From Clostridia bacterium (GTDB taxonomy: Bacteria; Bacillota; Clostridia; CAKSNL01; HGM11501), in assembly GCA_045123995.1 (NCBI GenBank), contig JBGVKY010000014.1, positions 201,860 through 265,859 of the forward strand: a DNA stretch of 64,000 nt, in the 5' to 3' direction. Of this stretch, positions 17,071 to 28,420 are shown in pieces; the first letter of the stretch is position 1; the number at the start of each line of letters is the position of its first letter. Position numbers and translations under genes: made by a program. The notes beneath the pieces are model-generated. The model was not told the DNA's origin and searched no databases. It saw only the letters and a list, made by a program, of their open reading frames with translations.

Positions 17071-17928
17071 ATGGAAAATTCAAATGTTGTTTTTATACGG
17101 AAAAGACTAAAGGGGCAGGATTTCAGTGCCGTTTGCGTGGATTATCAGGTGGGGAAAACAGAGACGTTTGCCCATTGGCACGACGCCTGCGAAATTCTTT
17201 ATGTAAGAAAGGGTGAAGTAAGAGAGTTTTCCAACAATACCTGGAGCAGAGCTGTGCCCGGAATGATGTATTTTGTTCCACCGGGAAAAATTCACTGCTT
17301 CATAACTGAGGATGCCGCAGCAGATAAAATAGTGGTTGGCTTTTCCCAGAACATCGTAAACACCGACGAAAGAGAAAAGGGAGGATTTTTCTTTCCGCTG
17401 GAAATTCAGGTAAACGACAAATACTGTCAGTTTGATATAAGAGACAATGAAAGAATAAAAAGTCTCTTGTGGAGGCTTGTGGAAGCTGAAAGCATGAAAA
17501 GTCCCATGTCAACCTTAATACAGAAAGCATGTGTTTTGGAGATTTACGCTTTTATACTTGATTGCTGGGAGAAAGAAGGCATTTTAGAAAACATAGGAAA
17601 AAATCCCATAACGGAAAGAATACTTTCGCTTTTCTATGAAAATCCTCTGGAGGCTCCAGGTCCTTATGATATGGCGAAAAATCTCAAGATAAGCTACAGC
17701 CATATGAACAGTCTTTTGAAAAAAGAAGTGGGTTTAAGCTATACAGAGATTTTAATGAATACAAAGCTTGAAATGGCAAAAAAGCTAATCTTATCAACAG
17801 ATATGAGTATAACGGATATTGCTTATGCCTCAGGCTTTTGCGACACCAGTTATTTTATAAAAATGTTCAAAAAAAACACAGGGGTTTCCCCGGCAAAATA
17901 CAGACAGAATATAAAAAACAATCCTTGA
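17071..17928 (+). CDS. AraC-family transcriptional regulator (cupin + HTH)
   Basis: The N-terminal cupin-like domain is followed by a C-terminal AraC HTH (ITDIAYASGFCDTSYFIKMFKKNTGVSPAKYR). Confidence 0.85.
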   Translation: MENSNVVFIRKRLKGQDFSAVCVDYQVGKTETFAHWHDACEILYVRKGEVREFSNNTWSRAVPGMMYFVPPGKIHCFITEDAAADKIVVGFSQNIVNTDEREKGGFFFPLEIQVNDKYCQFDIRDNERIKSLLWRLVEAESMKSPMSTLIQKACVLEIYAFILDCWEKEGILENIGKNPITERILSLFYENPLEAPGPYDMAKNLKISYSHMNSLLKKEVGLSYTEILMNTKLEMAKKLILSTDMSITDIAYASGFCDTSYFIKMFKKNTGVSPAKYRQNIKNNP

Positions 17929-17950
17929 CAAAGTCAAGGATTGTTTTTTT
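17921..17950. terminator. Bidirectional intrinsic terminator (AraC regulator / mnmM convergent pair)
   Basis: ATCCTTGAC (17921-29) / GTCAAGGAT (17933-41) with loop AAA. TGTTTTTTT lies downstream and an A-run upstream. Confidence 0.5.
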
Positions 17951-18500
17951 CTATTATTATAAATATAGGAGGACAGCTCTTGCGGTTTAAAAAGGACTGA
18001 AGCATTACTGTATATTTTTTTTGATCTAAGTTTTCGAGGAAGGATAAAAGAGCATCCCTTTCTTCAAAGCCCGTATCTCCTCCATAGTAGGAGCAGACCG
18101 CGACAAACCCAGCATCTTCCAAAATATCCAAGGAGGCTGAAATTGCCTTTATGCTGGTTTCGGCGTGGGAGAAAATACTGTGGTCTCCTCCCGGAAGAAA
18201 TCCTAAGTTGAAAACAACTGCTTTGGCGCTTTTTACATAGTTTTTTATATTTCCGTGACTGTCCAAAATCAAAGAGGCGTTTTTAACATTATTTTCTTCT
18301 AAAAGTTCTTTCGTTGATTTTAAGGCTTCAGGCTGAATATCAAAGGCAAAAACCTTTCCTCCATCTCCTACAAGTGTAGATAAAAGAAGGGTATCTCGGC
18401 CTCTTCCCATAGTGGCATCTATTACTGTATCACCTTTATTTATATGTGTTTTAAGATGCTCATGGCAGAGTTTTAAGGCATTTTTATCATGGTAAGTCAT
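17934..18500 (-). CDS. mnmM: SAM-dependent methyltransferase, YtqB/MnmM family (tRNA mnm5s2U34 methyltransferase)
   Basis: Colinear with B. subtilis YtqB as I recall it: GDTVIDATMGRGRDTLLL, VFAFDIQPEA, VFNLGFLPGGDHSI, PPIFIIIEK. Confidence 0.75.
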   Translation of the reverse strand: MTYHDKNALKLCHEHLKTHINKGDTVIDATMGRGRDTLLLSTLVGDGGKVFAFDIQPEALKSTKELLEENNVKNASLILDSHGNIKNYVKSAKAVVFNLGFLPGGDHSIFSHAETSIKAISASLDILEDAGFVAVCSYYGGDTGFEERDALLSFLENLDQKKYTVMLQSFLNRKSCPPIFIIIEKNNP

Positions 18501-18599
18501 TTAATCACCCGTATTTATATTAACACAAATAATTGGAAAAAGCAATTAAGACTTGTAATAAAAAAAGTTATATGTTATTATATTAAATGAGGTGAAAAA

Positions 18600-19151
18600 A
18601 TGAAAATCATAAAGCATTTCGTTACGATAACCCGCCACCGTCACCAGGTAATTAAAAATTGCATAAAGGCAGGAATTGGTTTTCAGGGACTTTTTCACGA
18701 CCTTTCAAAGTACAGCCCGGCAGAATTTTTTCCGTCGGTCAAACTTTATCAAGGGGACAGAAGTCCTAATGAGAAAGCCAGGGAACTTTACGGCTATTCT
18801 TCTGCCTGGATGCACCACAAAGGAAGAAATAAACATCATTTTGAATACTGGTCGGATATAAATATTAAAACCAGAAGATACGAAAGTGTACCTGTTCCTG
18901 ATAAATATGTAATAGAAATGGTATGTGACAGAATTGCGGCATCCAAAATATATAAAGGGAAGGATTATACTGATTCTTCGGCACTGGAATATTTATTAAA
19001 AAGTCCCGATAAATTTAACATGCACGAAGAAACTTACGAAAAACTGACTTATCTTTTAGGATATCTTAAGGATAACGGCGAAAAGAAGCTTTTTACACTT
19101 CTTAAATCAAAAAAGATAGATATTCCTGAAAGGGAATTAGAAATAAAATAA
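18600..19151 (+). CDS. DUF5662-like protein (His-rich helical protein of unknown function)
   Basis: HFVTITRHRHQV..GLFHDLSKYSPAEF..YQGDRSPNE..SSAWMHHKGRNKHHFEYW matches my recollection of the DUF5662 family signature. Confidence 0.5.
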   Translation: MKIIKHFVTITRHRHQVIKNCIKAGIGFQGLFHDLSKYSPAEFFPSVKLYQGDRSPNEKARELYGYSSAWMHHKGRNKHHFEYWSDINIKTRRYESVPVPDKYVIEMVCDRIAASKIYKGKDYTDSSALEYLLKSPDKFNMHEETYEKLTYLLGYLKDNGEKKLFTLLKSKKIDIPERELEIK

Positions 19152-19177
19152 AGGAAGGCAAAGCCTTCCTTTATTTT
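19145..19177. terminator. Bidirectional intrinsic terminator
   Basis: AAAATAAAGGAAGGC (19145-59) / GCCTTCCTTTATTTT (19163-77) with loop AAA, between convergent genes. Confidence 0.65.
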
Positions 19178-19180
19178 ATT

Positions 19181-20020
19181 TCAGTCCGTTTCTACAGAGC
19201 AGATGGAATCATCTTCTGTTTTGCATGGTTTATCCTGCTGCCTGGGAGGGAAAAATTCGTCCATGGGAAAACTAAGCTCACGGAACATATCGCAGGGACT
19301 TGTGGGAGCTGGAATATCTTCTGCGTGACAGTCGGAATCGGGGATACAGAAGCTTGAAGCAGGGACAGAAATCTGAACTTCTCTTTCAAGTCTTACCAAA
19401 AGGAAGAGACCAAGTGTTACATAAACGCTCTTGCCGCAATCGGGAACAATCAAAGAATTATCGAAAAGTCTATGTACACACTGGGGAAGATGAGTTATAT
19501 CGCATTCGCATCCGGGAAGAACCTGATCTGAAAGAACCAGAGTGTCAAGCACTAAGGGGTCAACCACTTCAGCTACGGCATTTGGCATATTTGTCTTTTT
19601 CCAGGTAGCAATATCGAAGCTGTCTTCCTTGTACTTTGACTGGAAAATTTTAGCTTCACCGGTGGAGCCGAAAAGAACAACTTTCTTTTCATAATAGGCA
19701 AGACCGTCTATGCTTAAAGGTCTTGAAAGACCGGTATAGGCATTTACCTCCACCTTGAAAAAGAATTTTAAGTTAACAGAGTAATATCCTTTATGGAAGG
19801 GTAGTGACTCAACATCTGAAAAAATCCATATGACTTCGGCTTTTTCTGCGGTTATTTTAGTTGCTGAATCAATAATTTCCTGATTTTCGCGGGTAAAATA
19901 AACTCTTAAGTTTTCAATGCATTCTTTTGCTCTGCAGGAATCATAAATCTGAGATGCGTTTATGCAAACGTTTTCGGTGCAGGAACTGCATTCTGCAGCA
20001 GATAAAATCTTATCGTCCAT
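19181..20020 (-). CDS. Cys-rich hypothetical protein (279 aa), no family recognised
   Basis: ATG at 20020 with a GGAGGA RBS. N-terminal CSSCTENVCINASQIYDSCRAKEC cluster and C-terminal CECD..C..C..C..C..C..C residues (17 Cys in total). No signal peptide and no TM segment. Confidence 0.6.
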   Translation of the reverse strand: MDDKILSAAECSSCTENVCINASQIYDSCRAKECIENLRVYFTRENQEIIDSATKITAEKAEVIWIFSDVESLPFHKGYYSVNLKFFFKVEVNAYTGLSRPLSIDGLAYYEKKVVLFGSTGEAKIFQSKYKEDSFDIATWKKTNMPNAVAEVVDPLVLDTLVLSDQVLPGCECDITHLPQCVHRLFDNSLIVPDCGKSVYVTLGLFLLVRLEREVQISVPASSFCIPDSDCHAEDIPAPTSPCDMFRELSFPMDEFFPPRQQDKPCKTEDDSICSVETD

Positions 20021-20106
20021 AAAATCCTCCTTATAAATAAGCCAAAAGGCTCTTTTCAATACATATTATGACAGTTGTGCCAAAATGTGAAAAAATATTG
20101 ATAAAT

Positions 20107-20142
20107 AAAAAAGTCGGTTTCCAAAAGGAAACCGACTTTTTT
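20107..20142 (-). terminator. Intrinsic terminator after the ArsR/SdpR-like regulator
   Basis: AAAAAAGTCGGTTTCC (20107-22) / GGAAACCGACTTTTTT (20127-42) with loop AAAA. A U-run follows on the - strand. Confidence 0.65.
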
Positions 20143-20416
20143 ATTTATTCATCCATATATTTCCGAAAGAATCATAAATCCAGCGCATTATGTCTCTTAT
20201 TGGGATAGAGTTTAATGAATAGATGATTCTTTGTCCCTGACGAGAGTCAGTTACAAGCCCGGAGGCTTTTAACACTGAAAGGTGCCTGCTTACGGAGGGT
20301 TTGGTAATATCAAACTTCTTTGCTATATCACCGGCTGACATGTCGCGGGAACCCAACATTTCTAAAATTCTTCTTCTGACGGGATCAGAAAGTGCCTTGA
20401 AAACTTCATCTTCCAT
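20141..20416 (-). CDS. ArsR-family (SdpR-like) transcriptional regulator with no Cys residues
   Basis: FKALSDPVRRRILEMLGSRDMSAGDIAKKFDITKPSVSRHLSVLKASGLV is an ArsR/SdpR winged HTH. 91 aa, with no metal-ligand cysteines. Confidence 0.85.
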   Translation of the reverse strand: MEDEVFKALSDPVRRRILEMLGSRDMSAGDIAKKFDITKPSVSRHLSVLKASGLVTDSRQGQRIIYSLNSIPIRDIMRWIYDSFGNIWMNK

Positions 20417-20537
20417 ATAAAAACCTCCTTTCTATATTTGATATTTAGCTAAAAATCTAAATATCGAATATAGAAAAAAATCCTTAATTTCAAAAGGATT
20501 TTGTGTATATTTTTACCAAAAATTGAGCATTTTTCTC

Positions 20538-20566
20538 TTGACTTGCATCTTAAAATTTGATATAAT
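20538..20566 (+). promoter_or_regulatory. Consensus sigma-A promoter upstream of rpoB
   Basis: TTGACT (20538-43), 17-nt spacer, TGaTATAAT extended -10 (20558-66). About 120-nt leader to the ATG at 20690. Confidence 0.6.
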
Positions 20567-20689
20567 AATATTCCATGATGTATTATGGTTTATTATGCCC
20601 TTACATTATTATATTAGCATAAAATTTTTTCAAATGCAAGAATTTTTTTAGATTTTTTTAAGCCTTAGGGCTTGGAAAGGAAGGTCAGT

Positions 20690-23600
20690 ATGGCACAGCC
20701 TAAGAAAACCGATGTAAAAGACGAAAAGTTCTTTGCCTCAATCTGCCAGCAGGCTAAAGAAGCAGGCGTTTTATTACATCCGGAAAAAATGGGAAAAAAC
20801 ACCAGACTCAGCTTTTCTAAAATCGATGAAGTGTTGGAAATGCCCAACCTTATTGATGTGCAGAAAAAGTCGTATCAGTGGTTTTTAGAGGAGGGATTAA
20901 AGGAAGTATTTCATGATATATCTCCTATTAAGGACCATAACGGTACTCTCATGCTGGAATTTATCGACTATCATTTAGACGATAAGCCCAAGTATTCCAT
21001 TGAAGAATGCAGAGAGCGTGACACCAACTATGCGGCTTTGTTAAAGGTAAGAGTAAGACTTATCAATTTAGAATCCGGCGAAATCAAGGAACAGGACATC
21101 TTTATGGGTGATTTCCCATTGATGACCGATCAGGGAACATTCATTATAAACGGTGCTGAAAGAGTTATCGTTTCTCAGCTTGTACGTTCTCCCGGCATAT
21201 ATTTTACAAAGGACAGGGATAAGAACGGAAAGCCCTTAATCAGCTCACAGATGATTCCTAACCGCGGTGCTTGGCTTGAATACGAAACAGATTCCAATGA
21301 TGTTTTCTATGTTCGTATTGACAGAACAAGAAAGCTTCCCGTAACTCAGCTTATAAAAGCTTTAGGTATTGATACCGAAGCAGAAATTATGGAAGTATTC
21401 GGTGAAGACGAGAGATTAAGAAGCACTCTGGAAAAGGATCCCACAACATCCAAGAGAGAGGCTATGTTCGAAATTTACAAAAAGCTTCGTCCCGGCGAAC
21501 CTCCCACGGATGACAGTGCCCAGACCCTTATAAACAATTTATTCTTTGATCCCAAGAGATATGACCTTGCTAAGGTTGGTCGTTACAAATATAATAAGAA
21601 GCTTTCCATGATAGGAAGAATTTCAGGTCATACAGCGGCAGAGGATATAATTGATCCTGATACAGGTGAAATCATCGTTGAGGCAGGCAAGGTGATTTCC
21701 AAGGAAGATGCTAAAAATATCGACTATGCAGGTGTAAACGTTGTCATGGTTTATCCCGGCAGCAAGGCGGTAGAGGCAGGAGCATCTCCCATAAAGGTAT
21801 TCTCCAATGACATGGTTCATGCAGAGAAGTATCTTGAATTTGATCCTAAAGAATGCGGTATTACCGAAAAGGTAGTCCGTGAAGTACTGATGGATATACT
21901 CGAAAACAATAAGACTGAAGAAGAGATTAAAGAAGCTTTGACTCTCCGTAAGGATGAGCTTATTCCCAAGCACGTTACAATCAACGATATCTTTTCTTCC
22001 ATTAACTATGCAACAAATCTCATAAGCGAAATCGGAAAAGACGACGATATCGACCACTTAGGAAACAGAAGACTTCGTTGCGTTGGCGAACTTTTGCAGA
22101 ATCAGTTCCGCATGGGTCTTGCAAGAATGGAAAGAGGCGTTCGTGAAAGAATGTCCATTCAGGAGCTTGACTCCGCAACTCCCCAGAGTCTGGTTAATAT
22201 CCGTCCTGTTGTTGCAACAATAAAGGAATTCTTCGGTTCATCTCAGCTTTCTCAGTTCATGGACCAGAATAACCCCTTGTCTGAACTTACTCATAAGAGA
22301 AGACTTTCAGCTCTTGGTCCTGGCGGTCTTTCCAGAGACAGAGCGGGCTTCCAGGTTCGAGACGTTCACTATACACACTACGGCAGAATGTGTCCCATTG
22401 AAACCCCTGAAGGTCCCAACATCGGTCTTATTAACTCTCTTTCCATATATGCAAGAGTAAATGAGTATGGTTTCATTGAAGCTCCTTACCGTAAGGTTAT
22501 AAAGGGTGAAGGCATAATTACCGATGAAATCGAATATATGACCGCAGACACAGAAGACGAATATATCGTTGCTCAGGCAAACGAGCCTATTGATGAGAAC
22601 AACAAGTTTGTTGACAAGAAGGTTGCGGCACGTTACCGTGACCAGATTATGGAAATCGAAGCTGCAAAGATTGACTACATGGACGTATCGCCCAAACAGC
22701 TTATCTCTGTTGCTACTGCCATGATTCCCTTCCTTGAAAACGACGACGCTAACCGTGCACTCATGGGTTCAAACATGCAGCGTCAGGCAGTTCCGCTTCT
22801 CCGTACAGATTCTCCTATTGTAGGAACAGGTATGGAATATAAGGCAGCCCGTGACGCAGGTGTTGTTCAGCTTGCTAAAAATGATGGTGTTGTAGAAAAA
22901 GTTTCTGCAGACTATATCGGTATCCGTACAGAAAACGGAGAACTTGAAGAGCATAAGCTTGTTAAGTTTACACGTTCCAACCAGGGAACATGCTTTAACC
23001 AGAAGCCCATTGTAAACTGCGGCGACAAGGTTAAAAAAGGCGATGTTATCTGCGACGGTCCTGCAATCAGCCAGGGCGAGCTTGCACTGGGTAGAAATAT
23101 GTTAATCGGATTTATGACCTGGGAAGGTTATAACTACGAGGATGCAGTATTACTCAATGAAAGACTTGTAAGAGAAGATATATATACAACAATTCACATT
23201 GAAGAATATGAATCAGAGGCGAGAGATACAAAACTCGGCCCTGAAGAAATCACATATGATATTCCCAATGTGGGTGAAGATGCTCTTAAATATCTTGATG
23301 AAAGAGGTATTATAAGAGTTGGAGCCGAGGTAAGAGCAGGGGATATCTTAGTAGGTAAGGTTACTCCCAAGGGAGAGACAGAGCTTACTCCCGAAGAGAG
23401 ACTTCTCCGTGCAATTTTCGGCGAAAAGTCAAGAGAAGTAAGAGATACATCGCTCCGTGTACCTCACGGTGAGTGCGGTATTATCGTTGACGTTAAGGTA
23501 TTCACCAGAGAAAACGGCGACGAAATGCCTCCCGGAGTTAATAAACTTGTAAGATGCTACATTGCTCAGAAGAGAAAAATCTCCGTGGGCGATAAGATGG

Positions 23601-24517
23601 CAGGACGTCACGGTAATAAGGGTGTCGTTTCAAGAATTCTTCCTGAAGAAGATATGCCTTACCTTGCAGACGGTACTCCCTTAGAGATTGTATTAAATCC
23701 CTTGGGCGTTCCTTCTCGAATGAACATCGGTCAGGTGCTTGAAGTACATCTTGGTATGGCTGCAAGTAAATTTGGTGTAAAGATTGCAACTCCCGTATTT
23801 GACGGCGCAAGCGAAGAAGATATTACAAAGCTTCTTAAAGAGGCAGGTTGCTCCGAAAACGGAAAGACCACATTGTACGACGGACGTACAGGCCGACCCT
23901 TTGACAACCCTGTTACCGTTGGTTATATCTACTTCCTTAAATTGCTCCACTTGGTTGATGATAAGATGCATGCTCGTTCCACAGGCCCTTATTCTTTGGT
24001 AACTCAGCAGCCTCTGGGTGGTAAAGCTCAGTTCGGCGGACAGAGATTCGGTGAAATGGAAGTTTGGGCTCTTGAAGCATACGGCGCAGCTTATACACTT
24101 CAGGAAATCTTAACAGTTAAGTCTGACGATATTGTAGGACGTGTTAAGACTTACGAATCCATCGTTAAGGGAGAAAATATTCCTAAGCCTGGAATTCCCG
24201 AATCCTTTAAGGTATTGATTAAGGAAATGCAGAGCCTTGGTATGGATATTAAGGTTATGGGCAATAACAATGAAGAAATTGAGCTTAAGGACACAGATGC
24301 CGACGATTACGATGAACCTTCAATGGATACCATGGAAGAATTCAAACGCAACATGGTTGATGACAGAAGAGAAGAGGCAGGTTTCGTTCCCGAAGAAGAT
24401 TCCGAAAGCATTTTCGAAGCTTCCGAGGACGAAGAAGATGATATGTTGTTAGATGAAACTCTTGAGGAATTCGAAGAAAATATTCCTGAAGATGACATCG
24501 AAGAAGATTTTATGTAA
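20690..24517 (+). CDS. rpoB: DNA-directed RNA polymerase subunit beta
   Basis: Full-length RpoB similarity ([40 protein letters not shown], acidic C-terminal tail). ATG at 20690 with a GGAAAGGAAGG RBS. Confidence 0.97.
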   Translation: MAQPKKTDVKDEKFFASICQQAKEAGVLLHPEKMGKNTRLSFSKIDEVLEMPNLIDVQKKSYQWFLEEGLKEVFHDISPIKDHNGTLMLEFIDYHLDDKPKYSIEECRERDTNYAALLKVRVRLINLESGEIKEQDIFMGDFPLMTDQGTFIINGAERVIVSQLVRSPGIYFTKDRDKNGKPLISSQMIPNRGAWLEYETDSNDVFYVRIDRTRKLPVTQLIKALGIDTEAEIMEVFGEDERLRSTLEKDPTTSKREAMFEIYKKLRPGEPPTDDSAQTLINNLFFDPKRYDLAKVGRYKYNKKLSMIGRISGHTAAEDIIDPDTGEIIVEAGKVISKEDAKNIDYAGVNVVMVYPGSKAVEAGASPIKVFSNDMVHAEKYLEFDPKECGITEKVVREVLMDILENNKTEEEIKEALTLRKDELIPKHVTINDIFSSINYATNLISEIGKDDDIDHLGNRRLRCVGELLQNQFRMGLARMERGVRERMSIQELDSATPQSLVNIRPVVATIKEFFGSSQLSQFMDQNNPLSELTHKRRLSALGPGGLSRDRAGFQVRDVHYTHYGRMCPIETPEGPNIGLINSLSIYARVNEYGFIEAPYRKVIKGEGIITDEIEYMTADTEDEYIVAQANEPIDENNKFVDKKVAARYRDQIMEIEAAKIDYMDVSPKQLISVATAMIPFLENDDANRALMGSNMQRQAVPLLRTDSPIVGTGMEYKAARDAGVVQLAKNDGVVEKVSADYIGIRTENGELEEHKLVKFTRSNQGTCFNQKPIVNCGDKVKKGDVICDGPAISQGELALGRNMLIGFMTWEGYNYEDAVLLNERLVREDIYTTIHIEEYESEARDTKLGPEEITYDIPNVGEDALKYLDERGIIRVGAEVRAGDILVGKVTPKGETELTPEERLLRAIFGEKSREVRDTSLRVPHGECGIIVDVKVFTRENGDEMPPGVNKLVRCYIAQKRKISVGDKMAGRHGNKGVVSRILPEEDMPYLADGTPLEIVLNPLGVPSRMNIGQVLEVHLGMAASKFGVKIATPVFDGASEEDITKLLKEAGCSENGKTTLYDGRTGRPFDNPVTVGYIYFLKLLHLVDDKMHARSTGPYSLVTQQPLGGKAQFGGQRFGEMEVWALEAYGAAYTLQEILTVKSDDIVGRVKTYESIVKGENIPKPGIPESFKVLIKEMQSLGMDIKVMGNNNEEIELKDTDADDYDEPSMDTMEEFKRNMVDDRREEAGFVPEEDSESIFEASEDEEDDMLLDETLEEFEENIPEDDIEEDFM

Positions 24518-24535
24518 GAAAGGGGCCGAGATAAA

Positions 24536-27500
24536 ATGGTAGAATTTAACACATTTAATTCAATAAAAATCGGTCTGGCATCGCCGGATAAGATTAGAGA
24601 CTGGTCCCATGGCGAGGTTAAAAAGCCTGAAACCATAAATTACAGAACATTAAAGGCAGAACGTGACGGTTTGTATTGCGAAAGGATTTTTGGCCCCCAG
24701 AAGGACTGGGAATGTGCCTGCGGTAAGTACAAGAGAGTACGTTATAAAGGCATTGTCTGCGACCGATGTGGCGTTGAAGTTACAAAATCTAAAGTTCGCC
24801 GCGAAAGAATGGGTCATATTGAGCTTGCAGCTCCGGTTTCCCACATCTGGTTTTTTAAGGGAATTCCATCAAGAATAGGTCTTTTCCTTGATATATCTCC
24901 CAGAATTCTGGAAAAAGTATTATATTTCGCAGCTTATATGGTTGTGGATCCCGGCAGAACCGAGCTTGAAAAGTATCAGTGCTTAAGCGAAAAAGAGTAT
25001 CACGAAACCAAGGAAAAATACGGTGATGCATTTAAAGCAGGTATGGGTGCTGAAACCATCAAGGAACTTTTAGAGGATATTGATATTGAAGAGCTTTCTG
25101 CACAGCTTCATGAGGAGCTTGAAGATGCTCAGGGACAGAAAAAGGCTCGTATTATAAAGAGACTTGAAGTAATCGAAGCTTTCCGTCAGACAGAAATGGC
25201 TAAGATTATTCCCGGTGTGAGCCTTGGAGGAAGACCCTTGTCTGCTCCCGTTGAAAACCCCGTAACAAACGAGGTTTATCCCTATAATCACGTTTTGACA
25301 TTAGATGAAGTTAACAGCCTTGCAGATGCAGGTATTACAGAGGTAAGTGTATATGTAAATTCACCCTCCTGGATGATTATGACAGTTCTTCCCGTAATTC
25401 CTCCGGAAATCCGTCCCATGATTCAGTTGGACGGCGGAAGATTTGCAACAAGTGACTTAAACGACTTATACAGACGTGTCATTAACAGAAACAACCGTCT
25501 TAAGAGACTTTTAGAACTCCGAGCTCCCGAAATTATTGTAAGAAACGAAAAGAGAATGCTCCAGGAAGCTGTTGACGCACTTATAGACAACGGCAGAAGA
25601 GGAAGACCTGTAACAGGCCCCGGAAACAGAGCACTTAAATCTCTTTCCGATATGCTTAAAGGTAAGCAGGGTCGTTTCAGACAGAACCTTCTTGGTAAGC
25701 GTGTTGACTATTCCGGACGTTCGGTTATCGTTGTTGGTCCCGAACTTAAGATTTATCAGTGCGGTCTTCCCAAGGAAATGGCAATTGAGCTCTTCAAGCC
25801 CTTCGTAATGAAGAATCTTGTAGAACAGGGAATTGCTCACAATATAAAGAGTGCAAAGAGAATGGTAGAGCGTATCAAGCCCGAAGTCTGGGATGTTTTG
25901 GAAGATGTAATAAAAGAACACCCCGTTCTTTTGAACCGTGCTCCCACACTTCATAGATTAGGTATTCAGGCATTTGAACCCATCTTGGTAGAAGGTAGAG
26001 CTATTAAGCTTCATCCTCTGGCTTGTACAGCGTTCAATGCAGACTTCGACGGTGACCAGATGGCAGTACACGTTCCTCTTTCACCCGAAGCTCAGGCAGA
26101 AGCAAGATTCTTGATGCTTTCTGCAAACAACCTCTTAAAGCCTCAGGACGGAAAGCCCGTTACAGTTCCTACTCAGGACATGGTTCTCGGTGCATACTAC
26201 CTTACCATGGAAAGAGAAGATGAACCGGGAGCAGGCAAGTTCTTCGCAAGCCCTACAGAGGCAATGCTTGCTTATGAAAACGGAGATGTTGCTATTCATG
26301 CTCCTATAAAGGTAAAGAGAAGTCTTGAAGTTGAAATACTTGATAAGGCAACAGGAGAGAAGACAGTTCATAAGGCAGAAGGGTTTGCTGATATTACAAT
26401 CGGCAGAATGATATTCAACGGAAAAGTTCCTCAGGACCTCGGTTTCGTAGACAGAAAAGCTCCCGTTATTGATTCTTCAAAATTAAACGAAGAAGAACTG
26501 ACAGGAGAAATTGAAGCAATCTTAAAGGATGCGCTTAAATACGAAATCGTTACCCTTACAGGCAAGAGCGGACTTGGAAAGATAATCAACAAGTGCATTA
26601 AGAAGCATGGCGCAACTCATACAGCAGTTGTACTTGACGACCTTAAATCTATGGGTTATCACTATTCTACAATCGGTTCAATCTCCATCTCTGTTGCAGA
26701 TATGGTTGTTCCCGAGAAGAAGAAAGAATACCTTAAGGAAGCAGAGGCTCAGGTTGATAAGATTGAAATGCTCTTCAAGATGGGTCAGCTTTCCGATGAT
26801 GAACGTTACAGACATGTTATCAAGGCTTGGGAAGAGGCAAACGAAAAGATTACCAAGGCTCTTATGGATAACTTGGATCCCTATAACTCACTATTTATGA
26901 TGGCGGATTCCGGTGCCCGTGGTAGTAAGAATCAGATCAGACAGCTTGCAGGTATGCGTGGTCTTATGGCGGATACTCAGGGTAGAACAGTAGAAATTCC
27001 CATCAGAGCAAACTTCCGTGAAGGTCTTAATATTCTTGAGTATTTCATATCTTCACACGGTGCAAGAAAAGGTCTTACAGATACAGCTCTTAAGACTGCT
27101 GACTCAGGATATCTTACAAGAAGACTTGTTGATGTCAGCCAGGATGTCATAATAAGAGAAGAAGACTGCCATTCCAAGGACGGTATTTTGGTATCTTCCA
27201 TTAAGGACGGCAACGAAATGATAGAATCCATTTCCTCTCGTCTTTCAGGCAGAGTTCCTGTTTATGATATTGTTGATCCCGCTACAGGCGAAGTTCTTGC
27301 TAAAGCAAATGAAATCATAAAAGATGAAGAAGCTGCTATGATTGAAAAGGCAGAAATTTCCGATATTTTAGTTCGTTCAGTTCTTACCTGCCGTGCTAAG
27401 ATTGGTGTATGTGCTAAGTGCTATGGTGAAAACTTAGCTACAAGTGCACCTGTAAATATCGGTGAAGCTGTTGGTATCATTGCCGCTCAGTCCATCGGTG

Positions 27501-28312
27501 AGCCCGGTACTCAGCTTACAATGAGAACCTTCCACTCCGGCGGTGTCGCATCTAACGACATCACACAGGGTCTTCCCAGAATCGAAGAACTTTTTGAAGC
27601 AAGAAAGCCCAAGGGTCTTGCTACGATTACTGAAATTGACGGTACTGTTAAGTTGAACGAAACAAAGCAGAAGAGAGAAGCTATTGTTACAAATAACGAA
27701 ACAGGCGAAGCCGAAACCTATACAATACGTTACGGAGTTGAGCTTAAGGTTAAGGACGGTGACAGCGTAAATGCCGGTGATGCACTTACAAAGGGTCCCG
27801 TTAACCCCGCAGATATACTTCGTATCAAGGGCAAGGATGCGCTTCATCAGTATATGATCCAGGAAGTACAGAGAGTTTACCGTCAGCAGGGTGTTGAAAT
27901 TTCCGACAAGCACGTTGAAGTTATTGTTCGTCAGATGATGAAGAAGGTTCGTGTTGAGGAAGCAGGAGACACCAACTGGCTGGTTGGCTCAATGGTTGAA
28001 AGACTTGATTATATCTTGGCTTGTGAAGACGCTGAAGCAAAGGGAACCAATCCTCCGGTTTGCAAGGATGTATTGCTTGGTATCACCAAGGCTGCACTTG
28101 CAACAGATTCTTTCCTTTCTGCAGCATCATTCCAGGAAACAACCAGAGTTCTTACAGAAGCTGCAATCAAGGGCAAGAGCGATCCCTTATTAGGACTTAA
28201 GGAAAATGTTATCATAGGTAAGCTTATTCCTGCAGGAACAGGCGTAGACATCTATCAGAACATTGAACTTGAACATCCTATTGAAATGAGCGATATAAAC
28301 TATTTTGCTTAA
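24536..28312 (+). CDS. rpoC: DNA-directed RNA polymerase subunit beta-prime
   Basis: Zn ribbon [24 protein letters not shown] catalytic motif, and trigger loop/bridge helix regions. 1258 aa. Confidence 0.97.
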   Translation: MVEFNTFNSIKIGLASPDKIRDWSHGEVKKPETINYRTLKAERDGLYCERIFGPQKDWECACGKYKRVRYKGIVCDRCGVEVTKSKVRRERMGHIELAAPVSHIWFFKGIPSRIGLFLDISPRILEKVLYFAAYMVVDPGRTELEKYQCLSEKEYHETKEKYGDAFKAGMGAETIKELLEDIDIEELSAQLHEELEDAQGQKKARIIKRLEVIEAFRQTEMAKIIPGVSLGGRPLSAPVENPVTNEVYPYNHVLTLDEVNSLADAGITEVSVYVNSPSWMIMTVLPVIPPEIRPMIQLDGGRFATSDLNDLYRRVINRNNRLKRLLELRAPEIIVRNEKRMLQEAVDALIDNGRRGRPVTGPGNRALKSLSDMLKGKQGRFRQNLLGKRVDYSGRSVIVVGPELKIYQCGLPKEMAIELFKPFVMKNLVEQGIAHNIKSAKRMVERIKPEVWDVLEDVIKEHPVLLNRAPTLHRLGIQAFEPILVEGRAIKLHPLACTAFNADFDGDQMAVHVPLSPEAQAEARFLMLSANNLLKPQDGKPVTVPTQDMVLGAYYLTMEREDEPGAGKFFASPTEAMLAYENGDVAIHAPIKVKRSLEVEILDKATGEKTVHKAEGFADITIGRMIFNGKVPQDLGFVDRKAPVIDSSKLNEEELTGEIEAILKDALKYEIVTLTGKSGLGKIINKCIKKHGATHTAVVLDDLKSMGYHYSTIGSISISVADMVVPEKKKEYLKEAEAQVDKIEMLFKMGQLSDDERYRHVIKAWEEANEKITKALMDNLDPYNSLFMMADSGARGSKNQIRQLAGMRGLMADTQGRTVEIPIRANFREGLNILEYFISSHGARKGLTDTALKTADSGYLTRRLVDVSQDVIIREEDCHSKDGILVSSIKDGNEMIESISSRLSGRVPVYDIVDPATGEVLAKANEIIKDEEAAMIEKAEISDILVRSVLTCRAKIGVCAKCYGENLATSAPVNIGEAVGIIAAQSIGEPGTQLTMRTFHSGGVASNDITQGLPRIEELFEARKPKGLATITEIDGTVKLNETKQKREAIVTNNETGEAETYTIRYGVELKVKDGDSVNAGDALTKGPVNPADILRIKGKDALHQYMIQEVQRVYRQQGVEISDKHVEVIVRQMMKKVRVEEAGDTNWLVGSMVERLDYILACEDAEAKGTNPPVCKDVLLGITKAALATDSFLSAASFQETTRVLTEAAIKGKSDPLLGLKENVIIGKLIPAGTGVDIYQNIELEHPIEMSDINYFA

Positions 28313-28316
28313 AATT

Positions 28317-28348
28317 AAAGGAGACCCGTTGGGTCTCCTTTGTTTTTG
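28317..28348 (+). terminator. Intrinsic terminator after rpoC
   Basis: AAGGAGACCC (28318-27) / GGGTCTCCTT (28331-40) with loop GTT, followed by TGTTTTTG. Confidence 0.7.
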
Positions 28349-28350
28349 TG

Positions 28351-28379
28351 TTGACAAGCTTCTTTTATTTGTGTATGAT
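28351..28379 (+). promoter_or_regulatory. Sigma-A-type promoter for the GerMN lipoprotein gene
   Basis: TTGACA (28351-56), 17-nt spacer, TATGAT (28374-79). Confidence 0.45.
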
Positions 28380-28420
28380 ATTTATATATGATGAATATAT
28401 ATAAATAGGGAGGTGTTTTT

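Noticed and set aside
21623-27913. Several 60-160-aa antisense ORFs inside rpoB/rpoC (for example 21623-22057, 25511-25954, 27434-27913) and small same-strand out-of-frame ORFs.
   Set aside because: They lie within strongly conserved genes, have no RBS, and have Cys/Phe/Leu-rich mirror-frame composition. They are typical spurious ORFs.
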